Shown here: one piece after another, positions 31,213 to 41,696 of the stretch
Layout: every line of letters starts with the position of its first letter
Position numbering within the stretch: the first letter of the stretch is position 1
Assembly (NCBI GenBank): GCA_037927135.1
Contig: JAXSPP010000001.1
Coordinates: 32,001 to 96,000 of the forward strand
From: Candidatus Pampinifervens sinense
GTDB taxonomy: Bacteria > Aquificota > Aquificia > Aquificales > Aquificaceae
DNA: 64,000 nt
Direction of reading: 5' to 3'
Notes under the pieces: model-generated
What the model was told of the DNA's origin: nothing
Database searches by the model: none
What the model saw: the letters and a program-made list of their open reading frames with translations, nothing else
Made by a program: the position numbers and the translations under genes

Positions 31213-33452
31213 TCTATAACATCACCCACCTTCACATCGTTATAGTCCTTTAGCTTCACACCGCACTCATAACCTTTGGCAACCTCTTGCACATCCTCTT
31301 TGAACCTTTTCAAGCTCTCCACCTTTCCATCGTAGATAACTATACCGTTCCTTATGAGCCTTGCCCTAGCGTTTCTTACTATCTTGCCATCCAATACGTA
31401 GCATCCAGCCACCGTACCCACTCCTTTTATCTTAAATGTAGCCCTAACCTCTGCAGAGCCAAGTATTACTTCCTTTTCTACAGGCTTTAGTAGGCCTTTG
31501 AGGGCCTTCTTTACATCTTCCACTACCTCATAGATAATGCCATACAGCCTTATATCCACCTTCTCTCTTTCTGCAGTTTCTCTGGCTTTCACATCAGGCC
31601 TTGTGTTAAAGCCTATTATTATGGCATTGCTAGCCTTTGCCAACATAACATCATTCTCCGTAATACCACCCACATCACCGTGAATTATCCTCACGGAAAC
31701 TTGAGGAGTGGATAGCTCTGTAAGAGCTTTTTTGAGAGCTTCCAAGGATCCTATAGTGTCCGCCTTGATTATAAGCTTTAGCTCATTTAGCTCACCTTCC
31801 TGTATCTTCTTGAAAACTTCCTCAAGCACAAAGCCTCTTGAAACTTTTTCCATCTGCTCCTTCTTTATCCTTCTTTGCTCCGCTATCTGCCTTGCCTTCT
31901 TTTCGTCCTCTACCACTTTAAACTGGTCTCCTGCCATAGGAAGGTCTTCAAATCCAAGAACTTCTACAGGCATTGATGGTCCAGCTTCCTTTACCTTCCT
32001 TCCCTTATCATCAAACATAGCCCTAACTCTACCATAAGTTGTTCCAGCTACAAACACATCACCCACTCTGAGCGTGCCATCCTGGACCAAAACAGTAGCC
32101 ACTATACCTCTTTGTTTATCCACCTTAGATTCTATGATGGTGCCCCTTGCTGGCCTGTCTGGGTCAGCCTTTAGCTCCATAATCTCCGCCAAAAGGAGTA
32201 TGTATTCAAGGAGAGAGTCTACATTCTGTCCAGTTTTGGCAGAGATGTCTACAAAGATAGTATCTCCACCCCACTCCTCTGGTATAAGGCCAAGCTCAGA
32301 AAGCTCCCTCCTTACCCTTTGAGGATCGGCTCCTGGCTTGTCTATCTTATTTACCGCCACGATTATAGGCACATTAAAGGCCCTGGCATGGTTTATAGCT
32401 TCAACCGTTTGAGGCATGACACCATCATCAGCAGCCACCACAAGCACAGCTATGTCCGTAACCTGCGCACCCCTAGCCCTCAGAGAGGTGAAAGCCTCAT
32501 GGCCGGGAGTATCAAGGAAGGTTATCTTTCTGCCATCCGGCAACTCTACCACAGAAGCACCTATATGCTGTGTTATGCCACCCTTTTCTCTTTCCACCAC
32601 ATTGGTCTTCCTTATAGTGTCCAACAGCGTAGTCTTTCCATGGTCTACGTGTCCCATAACAACCACCACAGGTGGCCTTGGAACCTTCCCCTCAACCTTT
32701 AGCTCCTCTTCCTCTTCCTTTAACTCCTCTTCTTCCTTCTTTATTTCTGCTAAAAAGCCAAAGCTCTCTACCACTTGCAAGGCCACATCTGTGGGCACCG
32801 TTTGGTTTATAGTTGCCAAAATGCCTCTTTTAAGGAGTTCAGCTATGATTTGATTGGGTGGTATTTTGGTTATTTCTGAAAGCTCTCTAACGGTAACTAT
32901 CTCCGGTATTTGAACAATTTTGATTTCTTCCTGCCTTTCTTCCTTCTTCTCCTTCTTTATATGTTGTTCTATTTTCTTAAGGGCTTGCTCCTCGCCCTTG
33001 CTCTCCTTGTCCTTATATGCTTGAGTTTTTTGAGATCTTTCTTCAGCTTTTGATGGTCTTGGTGGTGGAGGGGGTGGTATAGGAATCCTTGGAATAGGCA
33101 TCCTTCTATCTTCAAACCTACATGGCCTTTCTTCTACCTCTTCCTTTCTTTGAGGTTTAAACTCCCTTGGCTGTTGTCTTTCTTGTCTTTGAGGTTTAGC
33201 CCTCTGTTCCTTCCCTTTATCCACCTTATGCTCCTTCTCTGCCTGCGCTTTTTGTTCCTCCTTAGAAGTAGGCTCTTCTTCCTTAACCTTTTCCTTGGAA
33301 GGCATCAGATTATCATACACTATCTGGAGCTCCTCTTCGTCCAAATAGGAGAAATTGCCCTTTTCTATACCCCATTCTTTCAACACTTCCCTTATCTTCT
33401 TGACAGGTACTCCAAGCTCTCTTGCCACATCCTGAACTCTTAATTTTCCCAT
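31179..33452 (-). CDS. infB: Translation initiation factor IF-2
   Basis: [26 protein letters not shown]. Confidence 0.99.
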   Translation of the reverse strand: MGKLRVQDVARELGVPVKKIREVLKEWGIEKGNFSYLDEEELQIVYDNLMPSKEKVKEEEPTSKEEQKAQAEKEHKVDKGKEQRAKPQRQERQQPREFKPQRKEEVEERPCRFEDRRMPIPRIPIPPPPPPRPSKAEERSQKTQAYKDKESKGEEQALKKIEQHIKKEKKEERQEEIKIVQIPEIVTVRELSEITKIPPNQIIAELLKRGILATINQTVPTDVALQVVESFGFLAEIKKEEEELKEEEEELKVEGKVPRPPVVVVMGHVDHGKTTLLDTIRKTNVVEREKGGITQHIGASVVELPDGRKITFLDTPGHEAFTSLRARGAQVTDIAVLVVAADDGVMPQTVEAINHARAFNVPIIVAVNKIDKPGADPQRVRRELSELGLIPEEWGGDTIFVDISAKTGQNVDSLLEYILLLAEIMELKADPDRPARGTIIESKVDKQRGIVATVLVQDGTLRVGDVFVAGTTYGRVRAMFDDKGRKVKEAGPSMPVEVLGFEDLPMAGDQFKVVEDEKKARQIAEQRRIKKEQMEKVSRGFVLEEVFKKIQEGELNELKLIIKADTIGSLEALKKALTELSTPQVSVRIIHGDVGGITENDVMLAKASNAIIIGFNTRPDVKARETAEREKVDIRLYGIIYEVVEDVKKALKGLLKPVEKEVILGSAEVRATFKIKGVGTVAGCYVLDGKIVRNARARLIRNGIVIYDGKVESLKRFKEDVQEVAKGYECGVKLKDYNDVKVGDVIECYEVKLEMPQ

Positions 33453-33473
33453 AGTTTATAATTATAAGCCTAA

Positions 33474-34229
33474 ATGCTGTCTGTTCTAATCCGTACAAAG
33501 AACGAGGAGAAGAACATAGAAAGAGCCATAAGGAGCGTGCTACCTTTAGCCGATGAAATTGTGGTGCTTGACTCTGGTTCAACGGATAGAACGGTAGAGA
33601 TGGCCAAGGGCCTTGGTGCAAAGGTCTATTTTAAAGAATGGGAGGGCTATGACAAGCAGCTAAACTATGGCATTGGCCTGTGTTCTGGGGATTGGGTCCT
33701 TGTGCTAGATGCGGACGAAGAGGTCTCAAGCAAGCTAAGGGAAAGCATAAAAAAAGAGCTAAAAAACCCAAGGTATGAGGTTTATAAGCTATGCAGAAAA
33801 ACCTTCTACCTTGGCAATTTTTTAAACCATACCTGGTATCCCGAATGGAGGGTAAGGCTCTTTAAAAAGGGCAAGGTTAGGTTTGAAGGTGAGCTTCACG
33901 AAAGGGTTGTATTTGAAGGCAAGGCAGGAAAGCTAAAGGGCGATATATACCACTATTCTTTTGAAAGCTTGGAAGACCAGTATTTGAAAACTATTAGATA
34001 TGCTAAGATAATGGCCAATAGGATGAAAGAGGAGGGCAAAAAGTTTAGACTTTACAACCTTATATTCAATCCTTTGTGGCATTTCTTTAAAATCTATTTT
34101 CTAAAGCTTGGCTTTTTGGATGGCTTGAGAGGCTTCTTAGTTGCCATGTCTGGCGCCATATATGTGTTTTTGAAGTATAAATTCCTTTATGAGTTGGAAC
34201 TCAAAGACAAAAAAGGGAGGATTTGGTAG
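33474..34229 (+). CDS. GT2 glycosyltransferase (WaaE/KdtX-like)
   Basis: DSGSTD, LDADE, GFLDG..G motifs. Confidence 0.9.
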   Translation: MLSVLIRTKNEEKNIERAIRSVLPLADEIVVLDSGSTDRTVEMAKGLGAKVYFKEWEGYDKQLNYGIGLCSGDWVLVLDADEEVSSKLRESIKKELKNPRYEVYKLCRKTFYLGNFLNHTWYPEWRVRLFKKGKVRFEGELHERVVFEGKAGKLKGDIYHYSFESLEDQYLKTIRYAKIMANRMKEEGKKFRLYNLIFNPLWHFFKIYFLKLGFLDGLRGFLVAMSGAIYVFLKYKFLYELELKDKKGRIW

Positions 34230-34231
34230 AA

Positions 34232-34966
34232 ATGCTATATAGCCTTAGGATGAGAGCGGAGCTTGAGGGAAGGCATGTATCGGGGGCAGAAAGGATAGTA
34301 AAGGCTAATGAGGTTGAAAAGACGATAAAGGAGTTTTTAAGGAGACCTAAGCTTTATGATAAGATGGTTATAACCATTGAAGACATCAAAGAAATTGAGT
34401 ATATACCAAAGGCCTTGCCTATTTATAGCTATGACTTTAAAAGCGTAGAAGAGGCTCATGAGTTTGCCGTAAGTATGCTTATAAAGGAAGGAATAAAAGA
34501 GGAGGTGGCCTTAAAGGGCTTGGAGCTTTTAAAGAGGGGTCCTAATCCAAAGGGTGGCAATATGAGGGGTGCGGTGCTTATGGATATGGAGTCTGGTGAT
34601 AGGCTTGAGCCAGACCAAGAGAGAGGCATAAGGACTGTGCGCTTTGATTGGAAGGACAGAAGGCTTATAAAAAGGCTTTTGAAAGAAAGAGGAATAAAAA
34701 GGTTCTACCTTGAGAGGCTTTTGGATGCCTTAGCTTTGGCTACAAAGAATATACACTGCGGGGTTGTGGCAGAGCTATGCTGGAGCGATGACCCAGATTA
34801 TACAACGGGCTATGTGGCTGGGAAAACCGTAGGCTATGTAAGGATAAAACCAATGAAAGAGGAGGGAGTTCCCATAGGTGGAAGGGTTTATTTTGTCAAA
34901 AAGGAAAATTTTGAAAACTTGGTAGAATGCCTTGAAAAGAAAGCAGTCCTAATAGAAGAATTATGA
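34232..34966 (+). CDS. bioW: 6-carboxyhexanoate-CoA ligase
   Basis: [39 protein letters not shown]. Confidence 0.93.
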   Translation: MLYSLRMRAELEGRHVSGAERIVKANEVEKTIKEFLRRPKLYDKMVITIEDIKEIEYIPKALPIYSYDFKSVEEAHEFAVSMLIKEGIKEEVALKGLELLKRGPNPKGGNMRGAVLMDMESGDRLEPDQERGIRTVRFDWKDRRLIKRLLKERGIKRFYLERLLDALALATKNIHCGVVAELCWSDDPDYTTGYVAGKTVGYVRIKPMKEEGVPIGGRVYFVKKENFENLVECLEKKAVLIEEL

Positions 34967-35081
34967 TATTCTTAAATCCTTATATAATGCAAGCTTAATT
35001 AACTATAAACTCTTTGAATTGCATTTAAAGATTTTTGTTTTTATGATTACAGGGAGGAAATTTTGTAAGGGAGGTAAAAAG

Positions 35082-36356
35082 ATGAGAAAGGTGTTGGCTG
35101 GAACAGCCCTTTTTGCACTTGCAGGACTTTCCTTTGCCACCAACGGAGACAACCTTATAGGTGTTTCTCCAGCCTCAAGGGGTATGGGTGGCATAGGTGT
35201 AGGTATGCCAGTAGGACCTACGGACTCTATCTTTAGAAACCCTGCTTGGATGAGCCAGTATAAGGGTTTTAACCTAAGCTTTGGTGGAATACTCTTTATA
35301 CCTGAGGTTAAGGCAAGAGTTCAAAATCCCATGGGAGACTCTGGTTTTCAAAGGTCCAAAGCGGACATGTTTGTTGTCCCGGAAGTTGGTATAGTGCATC
35401 AGATTAACGATAAACTCACCTTTGGTATAGGTGCTTTTGGTGTCTCAGGTATGGGTGTGGACTATAGGAACAATAGCAGATTGGTCTCTGCGATGGATCC
35501 ACTAACAGGAAAAGTTGTTCCCCTTAATATGCATACGAGCCTCCAGTTTATGCGGGTTATCCCAGCCCTTGCCTACAAGATAAACGACGCCATATCTGTT
35601 TCAGGTGCTCTTCACTTGGCTTATGGTTCACTGGATATGGGAGCAACCCTTTGTGCCAACGCTATGATTCCCGCCACCTGCTGGAACGCTGGCGGGGGTC
35701 AGTCCCAGACCTACGGCATTGGCTTCCAGCTGGGTCTTGCCTACAATATGGCGGACTTTGTCTATGCAGGTATAACTTATCAGAGCCCAGTTTCTATGAC
35801 CTACAAGAGGGTCTTTGACAGCAATGGGGATGGAAGGTTTGAAGACTTTAAACTCACCCAGCCTCAAGAGCTTGCCTTTGGTTTGGGTGTAAAGCCCATG
35901 GATAACCTAAAGGTGGGTATGGATATAAGGTGGATAAATTGGAAGGGCGCTACCGGATATAAACACTTCCAATGGAAGGACCAATGGGTAATTGCCATAG
36001 GTGGTGAGTACAAGCCAATACCCAAGCTCGCCCTAAGGGCTGGTTATAACTACGGAAAGTCTCCGATAAGGGGTGGAGCAAAGAATCCTACTAATGCCAA
36101 CACTATTCCAAACCTTGCAGCACCCTTTAGCGATTTTAATATAGCCTACTTCAACCTCATAGGCTTCCCAGCTATAACAGAACACCATATAACCCTTGGT
36201 TTGGGCTATGAGTTTACAAAGACTTTTAGCGTGGATGTGGCTTACAAACATGCCTTTAAAAAGACTGTAAAGGCTACGAATCAATCTGGTACATATCAAG
36301 TTGAAGCCTCCAATGCCCAAAACGCCATATCCATAGGCCTCAACTGGAAGTTCTAA
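35082..36356 (+). CDS. FadL/OmpP1-family outer-membrane channel
   Basis: Signal peptide then TNG, SRGMGG, NPA motif, C-terminal WKF. ATG 35082 follows a GGAGGT SD. Confidence 0.88.
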   Translation: MRKVLAGTALFALAGLSFATNGDNLIGVSPASRGMGGIGVGMPVGPTDSIFRNPAWMSQYKGFNLSFGGILFIPEVKARVQNPMGDSGFQRSKADMFVVPEVGIVHQINDKLTFGIGAFGVSGMGVDYRNNSRLVSAMDPLTGKVVPLNMHTSLQFMRVIPALAYKINDAISVSGALHLAYGSLDMGATLCANAMIPATCWNAGGGQSQTYGIGFQLGLAYNMADFVYAGITYQSPVSMTYKRVFDSNGDGRFEDFKLTQPQELAFGLGVKPMDNLKVGMDIRWINWKGATGYKHFQWKDQWVIAIGGEYKPIPKLALRAGYNYGKSPIRGGAKNPTNANTIPNLAAPFSDFNIAYFNLIGFPAITEHHITLGLGYEFTKTFSVDVAYKHAFKKTVKATNQSGTYQVEASNAQNAISIGLNWKF

Positions 36357-36366
36357 AAAACTCCTT

Positions 36367-36385
36367 GGGGAGGCTCTTCCTCCCC
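36367..36385 (+). terminator. Probable intrinsic terminator hairpin after the porin gene
   Basis: GGGGAGG-CTCTT-CCTCCCC; weak U tract. Confidence 0.5.
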
Positions 36386-36465
36386 TCCTTAAAAGGTGAT
36401 AAGCCTCATACAAAATTCCAAAGGCTTCTGGTAGAATACTCTCAAAACTTTTAAGGAGGTAATCA

Positions 36466-36798
36466 ATGGAGTTTAGGCATGTCTTTATATGCGTTAATCA
36501 AAGGCCTCCGGGCCATCCCATGGGTTCCTGTGCAGAAAAGGGAAGCAGAGAGCTATACCAAGCCTTTATGGAAAAGGTCCAGATGGACCCAGAGCTTTTT
36601 ATGAGCACCCTTATAACACCTACGGGCTGTCTTGGTCCCTGTGGGTTGGGTCCCACCATAGTGGTCTACCCAGATGCCGTGTGGTATGGCAATGTAAAGC
36701 CCTCCGATGTGGAGGAGATAGTGCAAAGCCACCTCAAGGGTGGAAAGCCAGTAGAAAGGCTGGTGGTTTCAAAAGGGAAGCCACCGGGTATGTTTTAA
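36466..36798 (+). CDS. Thioredoxin-like [2Fe-2S] ferredoxin
   Basis: HVFICVNQRPPGHP.GSC...TGCLGPC...YPD.VWY. Confidence 0.93.
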   Translation: MEFRHVFICVNQRPPGHPMGSCAEKGSRELYQAFMEKVQMDPELFMSTLITPTGCLGPCGLGPTIVVYPDAVWYGNVKPSDVEEIVQSHLKGGKPVERLVVSKGKPPGMF

Positions 36799-36805
36799 AA
36801 GGTTG

Positions 36806-36821
36806 GGGGCTATACAGCCCC
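36806..36821. terminator. Hairpin between the convergent ferredoxin and hfq genes
   Basis: GGGGCT-ATAC-AGCCCC overlapping the hfq stop. Confidence 0.4.
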
Positions 36822-37052
36822 TGGCACTCCTTCTTCTTCAAACTCTATTTCCATCCTTTCTGCGGGTATTATAGTGGTTATGGCATGCTTATAAACAAGG
36901 GTTTGTTGACGGCCATCTTCCATAAGTATAGTGTATAGGTCAAAAGACCTTATCCTTCCTTGAAGCCTAACACCGTTGATAAGATAAATGGTTACCTTTA
37001 CCCTTCTTTTCCTTGCTGTGTTCAAAAAGGCCTCCTGCAACTTGTATGCCAT
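36810..37052 (-). CDS. hfq: RNA chaperone Hfq
   Basis: LQEAFLN, YLINGVRLQG, YKHAI. Confidence 0.98.
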   Translation of the reverse strand: MAYKLQEAFLNTARKRRVKVTIYLINGVRLQGRIRSFDLYTILMEDGRQQTLVYKHAITTIIPAERMEIEFEEEGVPGAV

Positions 37053-37055
37053 CTT

Positions 37056-38045
37056 TTAGCTCCTCCTTTCCAAAAATTCCATAGTTGTCTGGTAAAGTTT
37101 TTCTGCTAAAGAAATATAATACTGGGAATTTTCCAAATTTTCAAGAAGTTCTAAAGGGAAAACCCATAGGCCACCGTAGGCACCTACAAAGGACCCCAGA
37201 AGGTATCCTATGGCGTCCGTGTCTCCACCCACCATACCACAGGCATTAACACCTCTCCAAAAAGCTTCTAAAGGATCTTCTATATACCTTAAGAAAAGGA
37301 AGATTGACAAAGGTAGAGCTTCAAAGACAAAGGTGGAGTTTCCTATTTCCCTTATGGCTTCTTCTTCATCTGCACCAGAATCCAAAAGTTTTGCCACCTT
37401 ATCAAGATAAACCTTGTTTTTATCATGCTTTATAAAGGTCTTTAGGTTTTCAATGAGTGCCAGCCTATCCCTTAAATCTCTCAAGTCAAAGCTCTCAAGG
37501 ACCAAAAAAGAAATAAGGGCAGAGACTACAGCGCTTGCATCATAAATCTCCTTGCTCCTGTGGGTTATAAGGCTTACAAGCCTTCCAGCCTCCGCAGAGA
37601 GGTAAGGATTATAGTAGTGGAAAAGGCCTGTGATGGTGCAACGAAGCACACCCTCCACAGAGTAGGAGACTAGGCCAGCTTCATCAAGGCCCACACCTGA
37701 AGAAAGAAGGTCTATGGCCGTTATAAGGGTTGGGTCAGGATACCGATGGATCTCTTCCCTGTCTGCCCATGCTTTTAGCTTGGCAAAAAAGTGATAAGGG
37801 TCAAGGCTCTTTCTCTCCACTATGCTTTCTGCAAGCAGTATGCTTATGGTAGTCTCATCCGTAGTTTGCTCTGGTTCCAAGCCTACCGATGGACTGTGAG
37901 GATGAGGTTCCACAAAGCCCCTTATAGCCCCACCATAAAAGCTTACCACTTCCTCAAAAGGCACATCTTCAAGGCTTTTACCAATAGCATCTCCAAGAGC
38001 ACCACCTAAAAGGGTTCCTTTAAACTTTTCAAGGACTATATCCAT
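37056..38045 (-). CDS. ADP-ribosylglycohydrolase (DraG family)
   Basis: GGALGDAIG, TDET, GGDTDAI. Confidence 0.88.
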   Translation of the reverse strand: MDIVLEKFKGTLLGGALGDAIGKSLEDVPFEEVVSFYGGAIRGFVEPHPHSPSVGLEPEQTTDETTISILLAESIVERKSLDPYHFFAKLKAWADREEIHRYPDPTLITAIDLLSSGVGLDEAGLVSYSVEGVLRCTITGLFHYYNPYLSAEAGRLVSLITHRSKEIYDASAVVSALISFLVLESFDLRDLRDRLALIENLKTFIKHDKNKVYLDKVAKLLDSGADEEEAIREIGNSTFVFEALPLSIFLFLRYIEDPLEAFWRGVNACGMVGGDTDAIGYLLGSFVGAYGGLWVFPLELLENLENSQYYISLAEKLYQTTMEFLERRS

Positions 38046-38050
38046 GATTT

Positions 38051-40057
38051 TTAATATACTTCAAGCTCCACCGGTTTATATTCTCTTAGATTTCTCATAA
38101 GACTGCTGAAGGATCTTTTGTCCACCTTTATAAGGAGCTCCCAAAGGCCTTCCACTTTTCTCCTTTTTACCTCAATGGGTAGGTTTCTCAATTTGGGAAA
38201 GGCCTTAAGCTTTACTTTAACAAGCCTCTTGAAAGGAGGAAGATCCTCCACCTTTCTCCTTTCCAGCTCCTCATTGCAAAAACCTTTCCAGTCTTTGCCC
38301 TTTATATATCCCAGTATAGGATGATCCTCTAGTACTGTTTGTATTATGAGCCTTTTTTTGCTTATGCAGAGGGCTTGCCACATGTAGGAAAAGTACCTTT
38401 CCAAAGAATCAAACCAAGGCACTGAAAGTATGTTATCTCCATGAAGGACCAAAACATTATCGTAAACTCTTCCAAGCCTTGGCACAGTATCAAAATGGAA
38501 GTTTTCCCTTTGTCCAAAGAGTTTAAAAACTTCCTCCATAGCCTTTTCTATACCAAATCCAAGTTCATCCAGCTGTCTACCACACTCTGGACAATGGGCA
38601 GGAGCCTTATATCCACAAGAGGTGCAAAAAACCGTATCCTTGCTCTTGCTCAGTGTTAAAAAGCTTTTACACTTGGGACACTCCACTATCCAACCGCAAT
38701 AATTACAAAAGGCGTAGGCATACCCACCCTTATTCACAAGGAAGAGCCACTCTTCTTGACTGTTTTTTATGAGCTCTTTTGCCTGAGGAGAAAGGATCTC
38801 TTGAGCCTTCCTTCTGAAGATAAAAACATCCGCTTGAGGTGTGTGATAATGCTTTTCCCAATCGTCCCTTAGGCAAAGGGCAAGAGGTATATGGGTGCTG
38901 ACAAAGAGGAAGTTGGCCCCATAATACCTGGAAAGTGTATACAGGAAGAGCCTTGTGTCAAAGCCATTCCACCAGGCTTTTGTAAAACCTTCATCAAAAT
39001 AAACTAATAGGCTTAGGGTTTTCAGTGGAGCAAGAAGGGCTATCTTTGTTCCCAAAAGCACTATACCTTCCTCAGAAGAGACAGAGAACCACTTTTTGAT
39101 AAAGTCCTTGGGCTTGTCTTGAGACTTGAGGAGAATTAGCCTATCCTTTAAGAGTGGATAAAGGTGTTGGTAAAGCACGGAAAGAAGGGAAAGACTGGGG
39201 CAGAAGATAAAGGCATTCTTCCTTTCCTGAACAAGCCTTTCAAGTTCGGAGCTAATATGACCTATAATCCCCTCCCAACTGCCAAAGATTACAGACCTTT
39301 CTCCCAAGGGCTTCAAATACTCCATTTTGATCTGCCTTAAAGTAGGAACCTCTCTTATCTCTTGGATTATCTCCTCCCTTTCCCCGACTATACCCTTTTG
39401 GACAAGCGCTCTTATGTCTTCACTCTTAAAGCCTGCCGATCTTAGCTCTTCCTTACTTACTACCCTATTTTCTAAAAGGTAGTATATTAACCTTTGCTTT
39501 CCCTCTTTGTTCTTAAACCGCTTTAGCTTTTGAATAGCTTCTTCCAGTGGCACAAGAAGGCTATAGTAGGTTGTAGTAAGGTTTGGCATCTTCCATTCTT
39601 TTACCCTTTTTAGAAAGCCAAGGTCCAATAGCTTTTCAACAAGTTCTTTGCCAAACTTTTCCTTTAAACTTTCTTCTTTAACAGCCCTTCGCACCTTTAC
39701 ATACTCAAGAACGTTCAGGCTCAACCTATCAACATACTTCCAATCCTTTTCCCCAAGACAGATATACTCTTCTTCCCTCCAGTCAAAGACTGAAGGCACA
39801 AGGTCAAAAAGGATCAGCCATGGAAGCTGGGCATAATGGTTGGCAACCTCTAACACAGAAAGTATATGTTTTTCGGTGGTAAAGGGCTTTTCATCTGGGA
39901 AAGATACATCTAAAACTTCTCCCTCTTCCGACAGCCCTACCACTATACCAGTCCTTCCCTTAAGAAGTACCCTGTAGCCCACAGGGCTAGTAGGATATGG
40001 GAAGTTAGCTTTTACCTTTAACGTCCTACCGCTGGGTAGGGCTACTTTTAGGCTCAT
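38051..40057 (-). CDS. priA: PriA-like primosomal protein with degenerate helicase motifs
   Basis: Four CxxC motifs (CNYC, CPKC, CTSC, CPEC), G.GIEK, IIQT, ER....LPPF. No Walker A visible. ATG 40057 overlaps the queD stop. Confidence 0.8.
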   Translation of the reverse strand: MSLKVALPSGRTLKVKANFPYPTSPVGYRVLLKGRTGIVVGLSEEGEVLDVSFPDEKPFTTEKHILSVLEVANHYAQLPWLILFDLVPSVFDWREEEYICLGEKDWKYVDRLSLNVLEYVKVRRAVKEESLKEKFGKELVEKLLDLGFLKRVKEWKMPNLTTTYYSLLVPLEEAIQKLKRFKNKEGKQRLIYYLLENRVVSKEELRSAGFKSEDIRALVQKGIVGEREEIIQEIREVPTLRQIKMEYLKPLGERSVIFGSWEGIIGHISSELERLVQERKNAFIFCPSLSLLSVLYQHLYPLLKDRLILLKSQDKPKDFIKKWFSVSSEEGIVLLGTKIALLAPLKTLSLLVYFDEGFTKAWWNGFDTRLFLYTLSRYYGANFLFVSTHIPLALCLRDDWEKHYHTPQADVFIFRRKAQEILSPQAKELIKNSQEEWLFLVNKGGYAYAFCNYCGWIVECPKCKSFLTLSKSKDTVFCTSCGYKAPAHCPECGRQLDELGFGIEKAMEEVFKLFGQRENFHFDTVPRLGRVYDNVLVLHGDNILSVPWFDSLERYFSYMWQALCISKKRLIIQTVLEDHPILGYIKGKDWKGFCNEELERRKVEDLPPFKRLVKVKLKAFPKLRNLPIEVKRRKVEGLWELLIKVDKRSFSSLMRNLREYKPVELEVY

Positions 40058-40554
40058 TGACCGTAGTATTCGGCCTTTGATGTGGGTGTCTCCCAAAGCA
40101 CTACCTTTATAACCTTTACCTCCTCCAATAGGCCTACCTCAGATAGCTTTTCCACCAGAAAGTCATAGAAAAACTTGGCTAAGGCCTCTGCCGTTGGACA
40201 AAAGTTTACCGGAAATATCTTAAGAGCACCGTATTTTTCCGCCAAAGCCTTTAGCTCTTCATACATAGGGTCGTTTACATCTATGATGAAACTGTGGTCT
40301 ATAGCTTCTATCAAATCCTTCAAAGCGTTCTTTACATGATAAAAGTCCAAAACCATATCCTGTTCTGAAAGGGTGTTGGATCCTAGTGTAACCTCCAGAA
40401 GATAGCTGTGTCCGTGTAGGTTTATGCATTTATTTACTGGCACTTCCTTTCCGATGGTAAGCTCCGCACCCCTCCCACAGGTAAGGTTTTGCTTCCAAAC
40501 CCTGTGGCCTGCTTCAAACCTAAAGGTCTTTGTTATCTGCCACCTTGCTACCAT
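40054..40554 (-). CDS. queD: 6-carboxy-5,6,7,8-tetrahydropterin synthase
   Basis: FEAGH, C.NLHGHSY, DHS, PTAE, ETP. Confidence 0.92.
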   Translation of the reverse strand: MVARWQITKTFRFEAGHRVWKQNLTCGRGAELTIGKEVPVNKCINLHGHSYLLEVTLGSNTLSEQDMVLDFYHVKNALKDLIEAIDHSFIIDVNDPMYEELKALAEKYGALKIFPVNFCPTAEALAKFFYDFLVEKLSEVGLLEEVKVIKVVLWETPTSKAEYYGQ

Positions 40555-40787
40555 ATTACAACCCTCTCAGCCTTAACTATAAGCTCCGCTATCTCCTCAT
40601 AGCTTTTTGTAAGGTTTTCTGGTATTTTAATCCCTCTTGCTTGGGCATCTTCTCTGCATACATACCATCCTTTTCTCGTTGGAAATCGCAGAACACCATC
40701 CTGAATTAGGATGACCAAGTCATCCTCTTCTACAAGGTCAGAGTTAAAATCTCCCAACTTCCTCACAAGCCATAAGGTCTTTACCAT
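40548..40787 (-). CDS. tusB: Sulfur relay protein DsrH/TusB
   Basis: ILIQDGV, EDAQARGI, C-terminal W. Confidence 0.8.
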   Translation of the reverse strand: MVKTLWLVRKLGDFNSDLVEEDDLVILIQDGVLRFPTRKGWYVCREDAQARGIKIPENLTKSYEEIAELIVKAERVVIW

Positions 40788-41125
40788 ACCATTACAGCCT
40801 CCGATTCCTTTATAATCTCCCTTATCTCTTCAAGGCTTCTTACCTCAACTCTATACCTTAGATCCTCTGGGTTTAGCCCCCTTTCTTCCAAAGAGGTATC
40901 TTCTACAAAGACCTTTACATTAACATACTCCATATTTTCCAAAAGCCTTTCAAAGCCTTCTATACCCAGCCATTCTGGATGCCATCTTGTGAGCGCATAC
41001 ACACCATCCTTTATGAATATAAGGCTTACTTCACAGCTTATTCCTAGGGCCATTGCGACCCTTAATGCCTCATGACACTTCCAAGAGAAAGGATCTCCCT
41101 TTACTATAAAGGCTATTTTCTTCAT
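40781..41125 (-). CDS. DsrF/TusC-like protein
   Basis: EALR, FIKDGVY, SLEERGL. Confidence 0.75.
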   Translation of the reverse strand: MKKIAFIVKGDPFSWKCHEALRVAMALGISCEVSLIFIKDGVYALTRWHPEWLGIEGFERLLENMEYVNVKVFVEDTSLEERGLNPEDLRYRVEVRSLEEIREIIKESEAVMVW

Positions 41126-41126
41126 T

Positions 41127-41429
41127 TTAGTTAAAGTTTATCACCTTGTCATAGTCTTGTATTATCCTTGACAGGTTGTAAGTAGAACTACTCTCAAAAA
41201 ATTCAAGCGGTTTTTCTATACCCCTCTGATGGGCTGAATGGGCACAGTATAGCAACCTTGCCCCCAACTCTTTAAACCTTTTAGTTTCTGGCATTATGAT
41301 GTAATAGGCACCGTTGCCCGTGAAAAACAGTGTAACTTCTCCCCTTTTTACCAGCTCCTCTACTAGCCTTACTATAGTGTTATAATCCTTTGCAAAAGGA
41401 TTGCTCGTTATTATAAATAGAAACCTCAT
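41127..41429 (-). CDS. DsrE/TusD-like sulfurtransferase
   Basis: FFTGNGAY; active-site CAHSAHQRG. Confidence 0.75.
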   Translation of the reverse strand: MRFLFIITSNPFAKDYNTIVRLVEELVKRGEVTLFFTGNGAYYIIMPETKRFKELGARLLYCAHSAHQRGIEKPLEFFESSSTYNLSRIIQDYDKVINFN

Positions 41430-41668
41430 CTTACCTTCCTTATTAGGATCTCCCAGGTGTTTTCTCCTATTTGATTGACAGCCAACACCTCTTGACCCTC
41501 TTCCTTCATGCTTTTGGGAACACTTTCTGCAGAGGGCTTATAGTCTACTATCACCCTTAGGACCTGGCCTATTTCCATCTGTTCAAGGGCAAGCTTACTT
41601 TTAACAAAGGTGAAAGGACACACATCACCTCTTATATCTAACTCCTTGTCGTAGCTTACCCCTTCCAT
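41426..41668 (-). CDS. tusA: Sulfur carrier TusA
   Basis: LDIRGDVCPF motif. Confidence 0.9.
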   Translation of the reverse strand: MEGVSYDKELDIRGDVCPFTFVKSKLALEQMEIGQVLRVIVDYKPSAESVPKSMKEEGQEVLAVNQIGENTWEILIRKVR

Positions 41669-41696
41669 GGATCCATTAAATTATAAAACATCCACA

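Noticed and set aside
35009-35031. Imperfect palindrome CTTTGAAT-TGC-ATTTAAAG upstream of the FadL-type porin
   Set aside because: AT-rich and imperfect; not distinguishable from chance without comparative data.
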